Source: a virus (Duplodnaviria; Caudoviricetes). From it: 61,095 bases of DNA. This document shows positions 37,400 to 47,154 of this stretch, piece after piece (within the stretch, counting starts at the first letter, position 1; each line of letters begins with the position of its first letter). Where the stretch lies: positions 1-61,095 of IMG/VR virus record IMGVR_UViG_3300046788_000030. The stretch is one strand, 5' to 3'. A program made the translations under genes and the position numbers. The notes beneath the pieces were generated by a model. It worked only from the letters and a program-made list of their open reading frames with translations, ran no database searches and was not told the origin of the DNA.

Positions 37400-37511
37400 C
37401 GTAGGCACCGCCATCCTCCAGTATCACCGTCGCATCGGTATCCACCTCCAGCACCCGTTCCCGGTGTACGGTGCTGGCGGCAAGGATGTAAGCGTCGTGC
37501 GGTAGTTTCAT
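37227..37511 (-). CDS. Small conserved phage protein, antisense-overlapping the preceding gene
   Basis: Start overlaps the primase stop (ATGA). EVD.DA.V....GAYV.AW.WV motif recurs in small phage proteins. Confidence 0.6.
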   Translation of the reverse strand: MKLPHDAYILAASTVHRERVLEVDTDATVILEDGGAYVMAWIWVFAEEALEAQHSVPYVAASAPAPAVPAPCGRCALPSCQCPDVAALLAAGFQ

Positions 37512-40411
37512 TTCGTCACTTTCGTAGGTACGTTGGTTGGTTGTGTCGATGTTACTATAGCCAGCCCGCCGCTGACTTTAACAAGATCCAATTCGATGCA
37601 GCGCACCTTGCCTTTGGCGAAGGTGGTGTCTGCACCCAGCACCTTCAGGACATTGTTACGCAGCACCATGCCGTTCTTTTCCATCTCGTGGATGGTCCGG
37701 TTGAAGCTGACGCCCTGCTCCACGCAGTAGTCGCGAAAGCTGCTACGACTGACCCAAATCGTCTTAAGGTCGATATCCAGTCGTACGATCAGTTCACCCC
37801 GTGGTTCATGGATGATGTCATCGATGTTGCCAGCACCCTTGCTGCCTATGGTCAGAGTGTTGATCAGGTGGGCGTCGAGGAATTCGGCCATGACCTCGCC
37901 CGGTTGCGGCAACTGCTCAGTGGTCTGATGACGGATCAGGGGGATCTGGTTGTACATCCACTGCACGTCAGTGGTGACCGGCCATCCTTGCAGGATGCCA
38001 AGCTGGTTGCAGATCTCCCCGGCAACGCGGCCACAGGCTGCACCAGCGGTCCAGAACCGTTCCTCCGACTTGGCCCCCACCGCCTTGTCCGCATCGCTCA
38101 CAGCGTCGCGTACGCGCTTCTGGACGGCATCCCGGTTGGCTACCACGTACTGGATGAAGATGTGACCGGCATGACCATGGTTTTCTCGTATGGAGTTACG
38201 AAGGTTGTCACCCTCGGCCTTGGTGATCGCCATGTTGTCAACGAAGTGCCACTGGATCAGGCGCATCATGTGCTGGCTGCCGTCCCGGTGGACCGACGCT
38301 ATGCGCTCGTAGTCGTCGGTGTTGGCATTGGTCAGCATCATGTTGCTCCACGTTGCGATGTCGCCCCGTATGCCCCCGGTGGCGGTGCTGCGGATCTTGC
38401 CCTTGCCCCCGGAGTAGTTGAAGATCAGTTCGGCGATTTCCTTGGGGTCGCGGCCGGTGGTCTCGTCCATCCATACCGGTAGGTTGTTCATGGCATCGGC
38501 CCTGACCTCGGCCGCCGCTCGTGTTGACAGGTTACGGTCACCACGGATGACCAGCTTGGATGGATCACCGAAGACCGACGCGCAGACATCGAGCAGGGTG
38601 GACTTGCCGGTGCCGGTGACGCCGGTCGCCGAGACGATGGTGGCGATCTGCCCGGTCATCGGGTAGAGGATGGAGCCGAAGTCGCAGTAGACGGTGCTGC
38701 GGTAGGCTTCCAGTCCCCCTCGCTTGTAGATGTTGATATCCTGCCGCCATGTGTCGTAGTCACCAGCAGTGACAATACCATTCTCGATTGCCGACTCCAG
38801 TGCGTGGCTCATGCTGTGTTCTTCCATATGGCCATCTGGGAAGTATTGATATTTGCCATAGACGAAGCTGTTGTCTGGTCGCCAGCCCAATTTGGAGAAT
38901 GCCATTTCGCGTGGCAATTCATTTTGCAACTGACGCATGTACGCTGACATTAGTCTGTTCATTTGGGGGATGTATGGTTCATCTATGTACATGCCACGTT
39001 TGGACAACGTGGTACGCAACTGGTTGGAGGGAGTGTGCGGGATGTCGACTTCTATCCAGTCCTGCTTCGGCAGCTTGACCTTCCAGCGTACGTCATCCTC
39101 AAGACCGGTGCGCTCATCGACGCGCAGCCGAATGGGATACATGTCGTAGTCGCAGAAGTCCAGCACGTCGTTGGCTCCGGTCTTGGGATTGGCGAAGCCC
39201 ATGCCGATGCCCTTGGTGGTGCGGATGAACGGAGCGGGAGGATTGGGGATGGTGTAGATGTGGCCGTTGATCTGCTGCAGTATGGGTGGTGCCAGTTCGA
39301 CGTACTTGCCAACGGCTGCCGGGGAAGTGATCTTGCCTAGTGAGGGGCACCCGGCACAGCAGTCTGCGTTGGTAGGGTGGCCTGCGTAGGCTTTCTGGAA
39401 CGCCTTGCAGGTAGGTGGACCCACCCCCTTCTTTCTGGCGTCCATGATCTCCGCGTACTTCTGGTCGGTATTGGCAGGGTCGTAGCGGGGGTCGCTCTTG
39501 GAGATGAGGTGGATCACCTGCTCGGGCTTGCGCATGAACGAGGAGAGCAGCAGGGCCGCATGCCATGCCGGTTCCGGCACCCGTGCCTTGCCCTGCTCCT
39601 GATTCTCGGGGTCGATGGTGTAGGCATAGGTCTGGCAGTTGCTGGCGGTGGTCTTCAGTGACAGGTCGGCCACCGGCCCGTCATAGATCGGCTTGCTGAT
39701 GTTGGAACCGAAGCCGGTGGTGGGTGCTGCAGTGGTCAGGAGTGTTGACTGGGAGTGATCGAATGCCAGCAGCGCGTTATGGAATTGATCGTTGGGGGTG
39801 GGGGTGCCCAGCGTGACAACTTCGATCATGGGTGGCGGTGTGTATTTGTAGTTGTGGGTATTGACGACGCGGAGGACGGAGCTTGAATCTGCAGTGCGGC
39901 TGACATCTATCTTCAATCCACTATCGATTGCCAACTGCTTCAACCGTGCCCCGTTCTCTTCCCACAATGCTTCCTGTACTTCCTCTACCAATGTCCAATA
40001 GACGTGCAGTCCGTTGCCACTGTTAACGATGGTTGGAATTGGCAGCTTGTGCTTCTTGATGAATTGCTTCAAGGCAGTGGCAGCATCTACCACCGTGGGG
40101 TACTGTCGGTCAGGACCAGCGTCGAGGTCCATGATGTAGGCACGCACTCCCCGGATGTTGTCGCCGCTGCGCGATACCTTGTGCCGCTGACGCTTGTCGT
40201 CCCACACCTTGCCTTGAATCAGTGCACCGACTGCAAAGAAGACGTTCTTCTGGTATTGGTCCAGTCGGGTGGCGATGGCTGCGGCTTCGTTGATGCTGGC
40301 TGCGCCGTGCTGAATATAAGTTTTTGTACCGTCTGGCTTGCGCCCGTCATTGCAGATGCAGTACGGCCCCTCCAATGGTAAAACATGGCGCAGAAATGCC
40401 ACTGTATCCAT
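37508..40411 (-). CDS. DNA primase (AEP/RepB-like) fused to DUF927 helicase domain
   Basis: MDLDAG, SGNGLHVYW and D...VLR...T.N.K primase motifs. Cys cluster. KLGW motif, GVTGTGKST Walker A, WMDE Walker B, ENHGHAG. Confidence 0.9.
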   Translation of the reverse strand: MDTVAFLRHVLPLEGPYCICNDGRKPDGTKTYIQHGAASINEAAAIATRLDQYQKNVFFAVGALIQGKVWDDKRQRHKVSRSGDNIRGVRAYIMDLDAGPDRQYPTVVDAATALKQFIKKHKLPIPTIVNSGNGLHVYWTLVEEVQEALWEENGARLKQLAIDSGLKIDVSRTADSSSVLRVVNTHNYKYTPPPMIEVVTLGTPTPNDQFHNALLAFDHSQSTLLTTAAPTTGFGSNISKPIYDGPVADLSLKTTASNCQTYAYTIDPENQEQGKARVPEPAWHAALLLSSFMRKPEQVIHLISKSDPRYDPANTDQKYAEIMDARKKGVGPPTCKAFQKAYAGHPTNADCCAGCPSLGKITSPAAVGKYVELAPPILQQINGHIYTIPNPPAPFIRTTKGIGMGFANPKTGANDVLDFCDYDMYPIRLRVDERTGLEDDVRWKVKLPKQDWIEVDIPHTPSNQLRTTLSKRGMYIDEPYIPQMNRLMSAYMRQLQNELPREMAFSKLGWRPDNSFVYGKYQYFPDGHMEEHSMSHALESAIENGIVTAGDYDTWRQDINIYKRGGLEAYRSTVYCDFGSILYPMTGQIATIVSATGVTGTGKSTLLDVCASVFGDPSKLVIRGDRNLSTRAAAEVRADAMNNLPVWMDETTGRDPKEIAELIFNYSGGKGKIRSTATGGIRGDIATWSNMMLTNANTDDYERIASVHRDGSQHMMRLIQWHFVDNMAITKAEGDNLRNSIRENHGHAGHIFIQYVVANRDAVQKRVRDAVSDADKAVGAKSEERFWTAGAACGRVAGEICNQLGILQGWPVTTDVQWMYNQIPLIRHQTTEQLPQPGEVMAEFLDAHLINTLTIGSKGAGNIDDIIHEPRGELIVRLDIDLKTIWVSRSSFRDYCVEQGVSFNRTIHEMEKNGMVLRNNVLKVLGADTTFAKGKVRCIELDLVKVSGGLAIVTSTQPTNVPTKVTK

Positions 40412-40437
40412 AGTCCCTCCTCGTGGGTCAGGACCAA

Positions 40438-40806
40438 TTATGCTGCGCTGGGCAAGATGCGGCTAGGGCTTTTTACAGCCGCTTTGAAATCAACGATTTC
40501 GCACTCGATCATTTTTCGCTGTTCCGTCATGGAATATGAATACAGAGGCAGGTTCATCATCTTGCGCCACACTAGAAAAGCAATCAGGTTAGCAACCTTC
40601 TGCATGCAATAAGGTTGTATTGAACTCTGTCCGAATATCCACTTGCCGATGGTCTGCGGATGCACACCTACCAGTTCCGCCAGTATCGTCGTGGTCATTT
40701 GTTGCCTGACTGCCAACTCGCCCAAGTATGGTCCCAATGCTGTCCAGTCTCGTTCACGCGCTTCCATGATTCGCTCCAGTGTGCTGAGTCTGTTGCCTTT
40801 GCTCAT
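40438..40806 (-). CDS. Cro/CI-type helix-turn-helix regulator
   Basis: MTTTILAELVGVHPQTIGKWIFG HTH signature. RBS GAGGA before ATG 40806. Confidence 0.75.
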   Translation of the reverse strand: MSKGNRLSTLERIMEARERDWTALGPYLGELAVRQQMTTTILAELVGVHPQTIGKWIFGQSSIQPYCMQKVANLIAFLVWRKMMNLPLYSYSMTEQRKMIECEIVDFKAAVKSPSRILPSAA

Positions 40807-40820
40807 CTGTTCCTCAAGGT

Positions 40821-40845
40821 AAAAAGGGGGCAGCAATGCCGCCCC
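40821..40845 (-). terminator. Rho-independent terminator
   Basis: Minus strand GGGGCGGCA-TTGC-TGCCCCC-TTTTT. Confidence 0.8.
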
Positions 40846-40865
40846 TTTGAGTTGTTATGAAGTGG

Positions 40866-41108
40866 TTAGAGATTGACGATGCGCTGCATGAGGATGTACG
40901 AATACTCGGTCATCGCATCGTGCTGGCGTTGCAGCAGGTTCTTCTGCGGATCGGGCAATTTTTGGAATGTGTCCGTGGAGAGGAACCGATACAGCCGGTC
41001 CCGCTTCAGATCCAGTTCCTGCTTCTCCTGCAACAGCCGCTTGTGCCAGTCCGATGGCCGCACCACCTCGTCCTCGATCTCCTCGTAGCCCTTGCCCCCC
41101 GCGCTCAT
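40866..41108 (-). CDS. crAss001_48-like small helical protein
   Basis: RL..EK.EL..K...L..F....F..L......LL..Q...M..Y..IL..RI pattern. ATGA overlap with the upstream gene. Confidence 0.7.
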   Translation of the reverse strand: MSAGGKGYEEIEDEVVRPSDWHKRLLQEKQELDLKRDRLYRFLSTDTFQKLPDPQKNLLQRQHDAMTEYSYILMQRIVNL

Positions 41109-42166
41109 GCGTCGTCCCACGTATTGAGCAGCGTGGTCAGCTTGCTGTTGGCAGCAGGCGGCGTGGTGGCTGGGGCCGGGGGTGGCGTGGCATCCACCGC
41201 CTTGGTCTTGGCTGCGCTCACTGCGGCCGGGGTCGGCTTGTTCAACACCGGCTCGTCGTCGGGGTCGTGGCCATTGGCTGCTGGTGCAGGCGCAGGAGGT
41301 ACAGCCTTGACCACGGTGGGCTTGGCGGGCTTCGTAGGAGCCACAGGCGGTGTCGGAGCCGGGGCAGGCGGGGTAGGTGCCATCGCCTGTTCGAACGTCT
41401 CTCCTGCATCGGCTGCCACGCCATCCGGGGCCACGTTGAGGATCTTGTTCAGCACGTCCCGCTTCTCCAGTTGCGCTTGGATGTTGCCCTTCAGCGTTTC
41501 GGGGAGCCAGTCAACCGGGCCGAACAGCAGCTTGGGGTACGACGTACGCGGATCGAACTTGATCTTGGTGATGACCGACGCGGTATGCTTGATGCCCTTG
41601 CGCAGCAGCATCTCCATGTACTGGTCGAAGGCATAGAAGCCCTTCGCCGCCATCTCCTCGGCATCCTTGTCCCAGATCGAAGTCTGCGGCAGCTTCAGCA
41701 GCAGGGGTTCGAACGTGGTGTCGGCAGCGGGGACAACAACGGCACGCTTGAACTGCGAGCAGGCGGTGACCTGCTTGCCATCCGGGGTGACCCGCGATCC
41801 CTTCACCGACTGCGGGCACGAGGCGCACTTCGCCGCCTGCACCTTGGTGCCGGTGGGGTCGGGGGTGACACCATCATGCGACCAACACGTCGGTGCCGAC
41901 GCCTGTCCTTCGACATAGGCACCTTCGAAGAACGCCCGCGACCGCGCCTTGTTGTAGTTGAGGATGACGACGTTGACCGACTGCACCGGGTCGCCGTCGC
42001 GGTTGACCACGATCTCCTCGCTGCCCCCGGCATTGATGCGCCAGACCTTGCCGCGAAAGGAGATCATCGGCAGCGACTGCCGGACCTCGATGTTGCTGTC
42101 GGCGTTCAGGTCTGCCAGATGGGCAGGCAGGCCGGTGTTGCCGAACGTTGCGATTTCAGTGGACAT
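41105..42166 (-). CDS. Putative ssDNA-binding/annealing protein with Zn-binding Cys
   Basis: IS.RGK.WR, P.CWS.DG..PD, C..CP....GS, AC...KR motifs. Pro/Ala tail with acidic end WDDA. RBS AAGGAG. Confidence 0.7.
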   Translation of the reverse strand: MSTEIATFGNTGLPAHLADLNADSNIEVRQSLPMISFRGKVWRINAGGSEEIVVNRDGDPVQSVNVVILNYNKARSRAFFEGAYVEGQASAPTCWSHDGVTPDPTGTKVQAAKCASCPQSVKGSRVTPDGKQVTACSQFKRAVVVPAADTTFEPLLLKLPQTSIWDKDAEEMAAKGFYAFDQYMEMLLRKGIKHTASVITKIKFDPRTSYPKLLFGPVDWLPETLKGNIQAQLEKRDVLNKILNVAPDGVAADAGETFEQAMAPTPPAPAPTPPVAPTKPAKPTVVKAVPPAPAPAANGHDPDDEPVLNKPTPAAVSAAKTKAVDATPPPAPATTPPAANSKLTTLLNTWDDA

Positions 42167-42452
42167 TGTGAACTGCTCCTTCGGTGGGTTGTTGCTGCTT
42201 CGCCATGGCGGCGTTACGTGCTGCGCGGAACTCCTGCGCTTGTGCTGCTAGTGTGCTGATCACCTGCTCGACTTGTTGCTCATCGATCTCGCTCAACATG
42301 ATGGCGGTGACTTGCAGCACCACGTTGATGAACTCCGGGTACAGGTCGATGCACTTGGCGGTATTGGCCAGTGCATCGAGTGCTTCAAGGTAGTGCAGCC
42401 GGATGGGGTGCACCGGCTTGTCATTCTGGTCCAGCACTTCTTCGTCATTCAC
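42156..42452 (-). CDS. Hypothetical protein
   Basis: GTG start overlapping the upstream stop. Fills the gap with coding-like codon usage. Confidence 0.6.
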   Translation of the reverse strand: MNDEEVLDQNDKPVHPIRLHYLEALDALANTAKCIDLYPEFINVVLQVTAIMLSEIDEQQVEQVISTLAAQAQEFRAARNAAMAKQQQPTEGAVHNVH

Positions 42453-42879
42453 TGGGCTTGCCTTTCTTGGTAGGTACTCTGGTGTTGATAACGTACTCGC
42501 GGAAGACGGATAACCCCGGCGGCAACGCGCCACCGTTGTTTGCCATCCACGCCTGCACATGCTCCTGTTTCGGGCGTTTCTGGTAGAACTCATAGTCCTG
42601 CTGTTCCAATACAAAGCGTCCGTATACATCCTCGTCCGCTATGGTGAAGGTCACCGCTTGGCTGATGAAGCTGGTGCCCGATGGGGTCTTGGTCTGCGTT
42701 GCGCCGCGCTCCTGCAAGCGGCGCAGTATCTCCATCTCTACTTCTTTCTTCTGTTCCCGTAACGCCGCCAGCGCCTTGTCGTACTCGGCGTTGACTTCAC
42801 TGATGCGATTGCGGATCTTGATGACCACACGTACCAGTGTGTCGTCATCGGGGTCGGTCTCTGCTTCAACTGCGCTCAT
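42445..42879 (-). CDS. Gp157/Gam-like coiled-coil phage protein
   Basis: Coiled coil, then G....KT..GT and LPPGL motifs. Start revised to ATG 42879. Confidence 0.65.
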   Translation of the reverse strand: MSAVEAETDPDDDTLVRVVIKIRNRISEVNAEYDKALAALREQKKEVEMEILRRLQERGATQTKTPSGTSFISQAVTFTIADEDVYGRFVLEQQDYEFYQKRPKQEHVQAWMANNGGALPPGLSVFREYVINTRVPTKKGKPSE

Positions 42880-42969
42880 GTTGAACCTTTTTGAAATGAG
42901 TGGCAATAGATTGTCCCTCGGTTGTCAGGTACACTGGGGCGGGCAGTTTGCCCCGCGAAGGAGAACGGT

Positions 42970-43167
42970 ATGGATCTGATCGGTCTGTTGGTAGCGGTGT
43001 TGATATTTGGATTGGTATTTTGGTTGATATGGTGGGTGATAGGTATGATACCACTGCCGGAACCATTCAAAACGGTAGCGACTGTGGTGTTGGGGATCAT
43101 AGGCGTAATCCTGTTATTGAGCCTGTTGTTTGGTAGTGTCCAGATACCACACCTACGACTGCATTAG
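42970..43167 (+). CDS. Small two-TM membrane protein (Thivi_2564-like), opposite strand to its operon
   Basis: RBS AAGGAGA. LL..VLIFGLVFWLI....IP.PEPFK.V..VV..II.V..LL pattern. AT-rich. Confidence 0.8.
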   Translation: MDLIGLLVAVLIFGLVFWLIWWVIGMIPLPEPFKTVATVVLGIIGVILLLSLLFGSVQIPHLRLH

Positions 43168-44723
43168 TTCTCCTCCAGTACGTAATGCTTGAACATGGCT
43201 AGGATGGATGCCTGCATGTCGCGCTGGGCATCCACGTCGGCGTAGATCTGCCACTCCAGAGGGTGGCAGCCGATGCGGGCGATGGTCATGTCGTGGATCT
43301 GGTCGGGGCGAGCGATGCGTTCGATCACCTGCTGGTGCATGCCGTTGCTGTAGATCGGGCCGTAGAAGATCAGCGTCGCCGCCTCGGCCAAGTTCAGGCT
43401 GTGCGACATCACCTTGGGGTGGCAGAGCAGCACATGCGGATCGTTGGTGTCCTTGAACCGCTTGATGATGTTGGTACGTTCAGCGCGGGGCACGTCACCG
43501 TTGATGATCTCCACCGTGTGCTGCTTGGCGATCTGCGTCTCCAATGCGCGGATGATGCCCTTGAATGGCACGATGATAATCACCTTGCTGACTGCCTTGG
43601 CAATCTCCTGCATCAGCAGCGCCACTCGTGGCGCATGGTTAACCTCGGTGTATTCATCCTCGCCGGTCTTGATCACTCCTAACAGCACCTGCCGCATCTT
43701 GGTGATCTTGTCGGCGGCATTGACCGCCGTCACCTGTATGCCATTGCGTAGCTCCGCTGCCGCCTCGTATTTCAGTTGGGTCATGGCATGCTTCTGCTCG
43801 TCGGTCAGCGCCGCCTGCCTTCTGGTGGTGATCATCGGTGGCAAGTCGAAGCAGTCCTTCTTCCTGTAGCGCACCGCTGGCTGCATGGCTTGATAGGCCA
43901 ACTCGTAGGAGTTCATTCGGGGCAGCCACTTGTACTGTGACACTTGGTACATGGTCTGCCGTCGCCACTGGCTGAAGTAGGTCGGCACCCGGTCGCGGTT
44001 GACCAGCCGGGTCAATGCCCACGCATCGGTGGGGGCGTTGGGGACCGGCGTCCCCGACAGCAGCCAGATGCGACGCTTGCGCGTCACCTCCTCGATGTTC
44101 TTGTACAGGTCGGTGCCAGCGTTCTTCCACACGTCGCACTCATCGCCTATCACCAAGTCAATATCGGAGCGCGACTTCAACTCGTCGGTGATGGTGGCCA
44201 GTCCCTCATGGTTGATGACGTAGAAGTCGGAGTCGGTGGCGAGCAGCTTGGCGCGGCGCTCCCGGCTACCCACCAGCAGTGCAGCACGACGGTGCATGAG
44301 GAACTGGAAGATCTCCTCCATCCATGTGATGTCGATGCTGGAGTTGGGAGCCACCACCAGCACCTTGCGGATGACACCCTGCGTCATCAGGTAGTCGGCA
44401 GCCCACAGCGCCGTCGCCGTCTTCGCCGTGCCCGGTTCGTTGAAGCAGAAGGCACGGGAGTGCAGGGTTAAAAAAGCGGCTGTGAGCCGCTGGTGTTCAA
44501 GTGCCGGTTTGTGGGGTGGTCCCGGCCACTTGTAGTAATAGAGGATGGGCGACGGTGCCTGTATGCCGATGTTGCGCAGGATCTTCACCTCATCCAGCCG
44601 GTGCGGCACGGCGAGGTTGTGCCCGTCATAGTCTATGGGTTTGTACTTCGGCAGTAGCGCCGTGATCTTGGCCAGCGTGCGGACCTTGAGCAGCAGCGAT
44701 TGCGATTCAGAATGGACTAGCAT
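43164..44723 (-). CDS. SNF2-family helicase
   Basis: NEPGTAKT motif I, VINHEG, IGDEC motif II, LSGTP motif III, SHSLNL motif V, Q..ERI.R..Q motif VI. Confidence 0.9.
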   Translation of the reverse strand: MLVHSESQSLLLKVRTLAKITALLPKYKPIDYDGHNLAVPHRLDEVKILRNIGIQAPSPILYYYKWPGPPHKPALEHQRLTAAFLTLHSRAFCFNEPGTAKTATALWAADYLMTQGVIRKVLVVAPNSSIDITWMEEIFQFLMHRRAALLVGSRERRAKLLATDSDFYVINHEGLATITDELKSRSDIDLVIGDECDVWKNAGTDLYKNIEEVTRKRRIWLLSGTPVPNAPTDAWALTRLVNRDRVPTYFSQWRRQTMYQVSQYKWLPRMNSYELAYQAMQPAVRYRKKDCFDLPPMITTRRQAALTDEQKHAMTQLKYEAAAELRNGIQVTAVNAADKITKMRQVLLGVIKTGEDEYTEVNHAPRVALLMQEIAKAVSKVIIIVPFKGIIRALETQIAKQHTVEIINGDVPRAERTNIIKRFKDTNDPHVLLCHPKVMSHSLNLAEAATLIFYGPIYSNGMHQQVIERIARPDQIHDMTIARIGCHPLEWQIYADVDAQRDMQASILAMFKHYVLEEN

Positions 44724-44923
44724 TTTGGAAGTTCACAAACAGTTTTTGCAGGCTTGCCGTTATTGGCGAGATAACCACCACCCGGTGACATCTCCACTGA
44801 GTATCCGTTTTCATAGGGTATTACTCGCCATGCCGGATATCCTTGCGCATGTTTTACAGCCCATGTTCTCGCATCGTCAAATGATTTGAAAAATACTACG
44901 CCATAGGTTGCTGTAGTTCTCAC
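44717..44923 (-). CDS. Hypothetical protein
   Basis: 68-aa ORF exactly filling the gap. RBS AGGAG upstream. Confidence 0.55.
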   Translation of the reverse strand: MRTTATYGVVFFKSFDDARTWAVKHAQGYPAWRVIPYENGYSVEMSPGGGYLANNGKPAKTVCELPKC

Positions 44924-44924
44924 G

Positions 44925-45218
44925 TCATACTCCTAACAGATGTTGACCCAACCAGTTCTCAAGTTCGTGGGTATCACCATAGACGACGAACACCACTGCA
45001 CCAGCATCACGCATCTGTTGGATGGTATGTTGCTGGCGCAGGGTGATCTTGCCGTCTGGTGCCTTGGCTTCGATAGCAAAGTACATGCCGTTGTAACAGC
45101 AGATGAAATCAAGAGTGGGACCGCCCATCCCATTTTGCAGCGGCATGTGGTAGTAAGCCCCAGATGCCTTCAGCACCTTCTTGATTCTGTCTTTGACTTT
45201 GCCTTCGGGCGTTGACAT
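44925..45218 (-). CDS. VRR-NUC domain nuclease (Holliday junction resolvase-like)
   Basis: TPEGKVK, G.G..LDF.CC..G...AIEAKA....T.RQ motifs. Confidence 0.85.
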   Translation of the reverse strand: MSTPEGKVKDRIKKVLKASGAYYHMPLQNGMGGPTLDFICCYNGMYFAIEAKAPDGKITLRQQHTIQQMRDAGAVVFVVYGDTHELENWLGQHLLGV

Positions 45219-45220
45219 TG

Positions 45221-45886
45221 TTAGTAACGATCAGGGACCGCAATGTCCAGCAACATGTTCGACGGTTGCGCGGAGTTGTTGTCGCCGTTGGTGACCTCGA
45301 TGCCCAGCACGTCGCCGCTGTTCATCTGCACACTGGAGCCGCCGCCCGGTGCCGGGAAGTTGACCAAGTTGCCGGTCGGCCCGGTTTCGTTGTACGGCGT
45401 GCTGTCGTACTTTAGTACCCCGTTCACACTCAACTTCAAATGTCTCGGCATCACCGCGCTGCCCGGTTCTTCTACCACCTTCACCCACCCCGACTTGTTG
45501 GGGTCCATGGCCGACAGCCACTTCAGGGTGAAGCTGACCGTCTGGTTGGCTTGCATGGGGATGTGGTACTCCACCTGCCCTGACGCAGGCCACGGGATCT
45601 CACCGCCGTTGACCGGCGCGACGGGACTGCCACCGCTGACCGGAGGTGAAGTCTCCGGAGGTGGGACGTTGCCTAGCGGGGGAATGGGCGACGGCTTGGA
45701 ACCCACTGGCGGATGCAGCCCAGCCCCAAAGCCGACCTCGTACTGCAGTTGCCCGTAATCGGTCACCTGCACCTGTTTTGCCTGACCGACAAACAGTTCC
45801 ATTCCGGTATGGAATCCGGACTCGTACATCGACTTCCCGTACTCGTCGGTCACCTGTATGTTTCCTGCCTTGATCGTGATTCTCAT
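45221..45886 (-). CDS. Two-domain hypothetical protein with Pro-rich linker and beta-sandwich C-domain
   Basis: RBS AGGAG. Duplicated QVTD(E)YG...YE.GF..G unit, P/S/G linker, beta-rich C-terminus. Confidence 0.75.
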   Translation of the reverse strand: MRITIKAGNIQVTDEYGKSMYESGFHTGMELFVGQAKQVQVTDYGQLQYEVGFGAGLHPPVGSKPSPIPPLGNVPPPETSPPVSGGSPVAPVNGGEIPWPASGQVEYHIPMQANQTVSFTLKWLSAMDPNKSGWVKVVEEPGSAVMPRHLKLSVNGVLKYDSTPYNETGPTGNLVNFPAPGGGSSVQMNSGDVLGIEVTNGDNNSAQPSNMLLDIAVPDRY

Positions 45887-45895
45887 TTGTTGCTC

Positions 45896-46570
45896 CTATG
45901 GTCTGGTACGTACACGCTTCGGTCTCCAGTATTCGCAGTCGGTCACCGGGCACCAGCCAGCACAGAGGCCGTTCTGCCTCGGCTGCCATGTGTCGGTGGC
46001 GAATGCCTGTTGGTACTGCTGCAACTCCGGTATGAACAAGTCCCATAGTGCGGGGATCTCCCGCCGCAGGAACTCTTCCTTGTCCATCTCGCTGGTCTTC
46101 AGCCAGCAGAAGCCGGTGCGCACATGCTCTACCTCTGGGAAGTGGTAGAAGATCAGCAACGCCATCAGCATCATCTGCTTGGTGGCCTTGCGCTTGCCGG
46201 TCTTCCAGTCAACACCATGTGCAGTGTCACCGGCAACGGTAATCACGTCTGCCTTACCGCGCACCCACACATCCTCGGCAAAAAAATCGACCGGCTCCAG
46301 TTGCTGGTTGAGTGCCATCTGCTTCTCAACGAACATCACTCCCGGCCGACGCAAGATGGCATCTACGTACTCCTGCAGATAAGCGTGGGTTGGGGGTAAT
46401 GATGCAGTTCCGTTTAACGCATCCTCCATCAGCTTGTGCACGGTGTTGCCATAGGCCGCTGCCTCGCCCATCGGCTCCTCGATGCGCTTGATCACCTTCA
46501 CCTCGTGGTACTGCTTGGGGCAGGTGCTGAACTTCTCCAGCGCGGAGTGCGACCATGGCAACGGAGTCAT
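45896..46570 (-). CDS. PD-(D/E)XK exonuclease, Cas4/RecB-like
   Basis: WSHS.L..F..CP, G..VH, RGKAD, DWKTGK motifs. C-terminal C..WC...C completes a 4-Cys set. Confidence 0.88.
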   Translation of the reverse strand: MTPLPWSHSALEKFSTCPKQYHEVKVIKRIEEPMGEAAAYGNTVHKLMEDALNGTASLPPTHAYLQEYVDAILRRPGVMFVEKQMALNQQLEPVDFFAEDVWVRGKADVITVAGDTAHGVDWKTGKRKATKQMMLMALLIFYHFPEVEHVRTGFCWLKTSEMDKEEFLRREIPALWDLFIPELQQYQQAFATDTWQPRQNGLCAGWCPVTDCEYWRPKRVRTRP

Positions 46571-46881
46571 TACTTGTAATACTCCGGAAGTGATTTACAA
46601 ATGTCCGACCAATTGGCGAACATTTTGGACAGGTATGCACATGCGTGATGAAGTTGTATTGCTGCCGGAAGGTATAAAAGAGGCTCCAGTCCGATATCAC
46701 TATATTCAAGCAGTAGTGCATAGTCCTGAATCATCGATGACATGAATCTACCAATGCAGCAGTCACCGATGGTTATCGTATTGTCCCTTGCGTATACGAT
46801 AGCGACGTTATTGATTGTCAGCGCCTTGTTGCATACAGAACAACAATCGGCTGCCTTATCCATGGAAGGTGTGATACTCAT
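46570..46881 (-). CDS. Hypothetical Zn-finger-like protein
   Basis: CSVC...DCC motifs. AT-rich. Overlapping start/stop with both neighbours. Confidence 0.55.
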   Translation of the reverse strand: MSITPSMDKAADCCSVCNKALTINNVAIVYARDNTITIGDCCIGRFMSSMIQDYALLLEYSDIGLEPLLYLPAAIQLHHACAYLSKMFANWSDICKSLPEYYK

Positions 46882-47153
46882 TTGTTGTTCTTCGCTGATC
46901 CATCAGGATTACGTTGGTAACTTCGGTTGTCATGGATGGTGGCCACCCGCAGGTTGGACAGGGCATCCGTGCCACCTTTGGACACCATCTTCTTATGGTC
47001 GATGTCTACCTTCTGATGTGGCTTGATCATGCCCTTCTTGATCGCCAGCCGCCGCGCCCGCAGGCGCAGCGTGTGGCCCTCGCGCTCACCTCGGGCCAGC
47101 GATGTCTTGCGTTCCTGCGTGTAGTCCCTCACGTAGCCGGGTGAGCTTGGCAT
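46878..47153 (-). CDS. Small HNH endonuclease
   Basis: RDY..E, DIDHK....KGG....NLRV....NRS. Confidence 0.8.
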   Translation of the reverse strand: MPSSPGYVRDYTQERKTSLARGEREGHTLRLRARRLAIKKGMIKPHQKVDIDHKKMVSKGGTDALSNLRVATIHDNRSYQRNPDGSAKNNK

Positions 47154-47154
47154 G

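Noticed and set aside
45896-46570. Cas4 as evidence of a CRISPR-Cas system
   Set aside because: Stand-alone Cas4-like exonucleases are common in phage replication modules. No cas1/cas2 or array is present.
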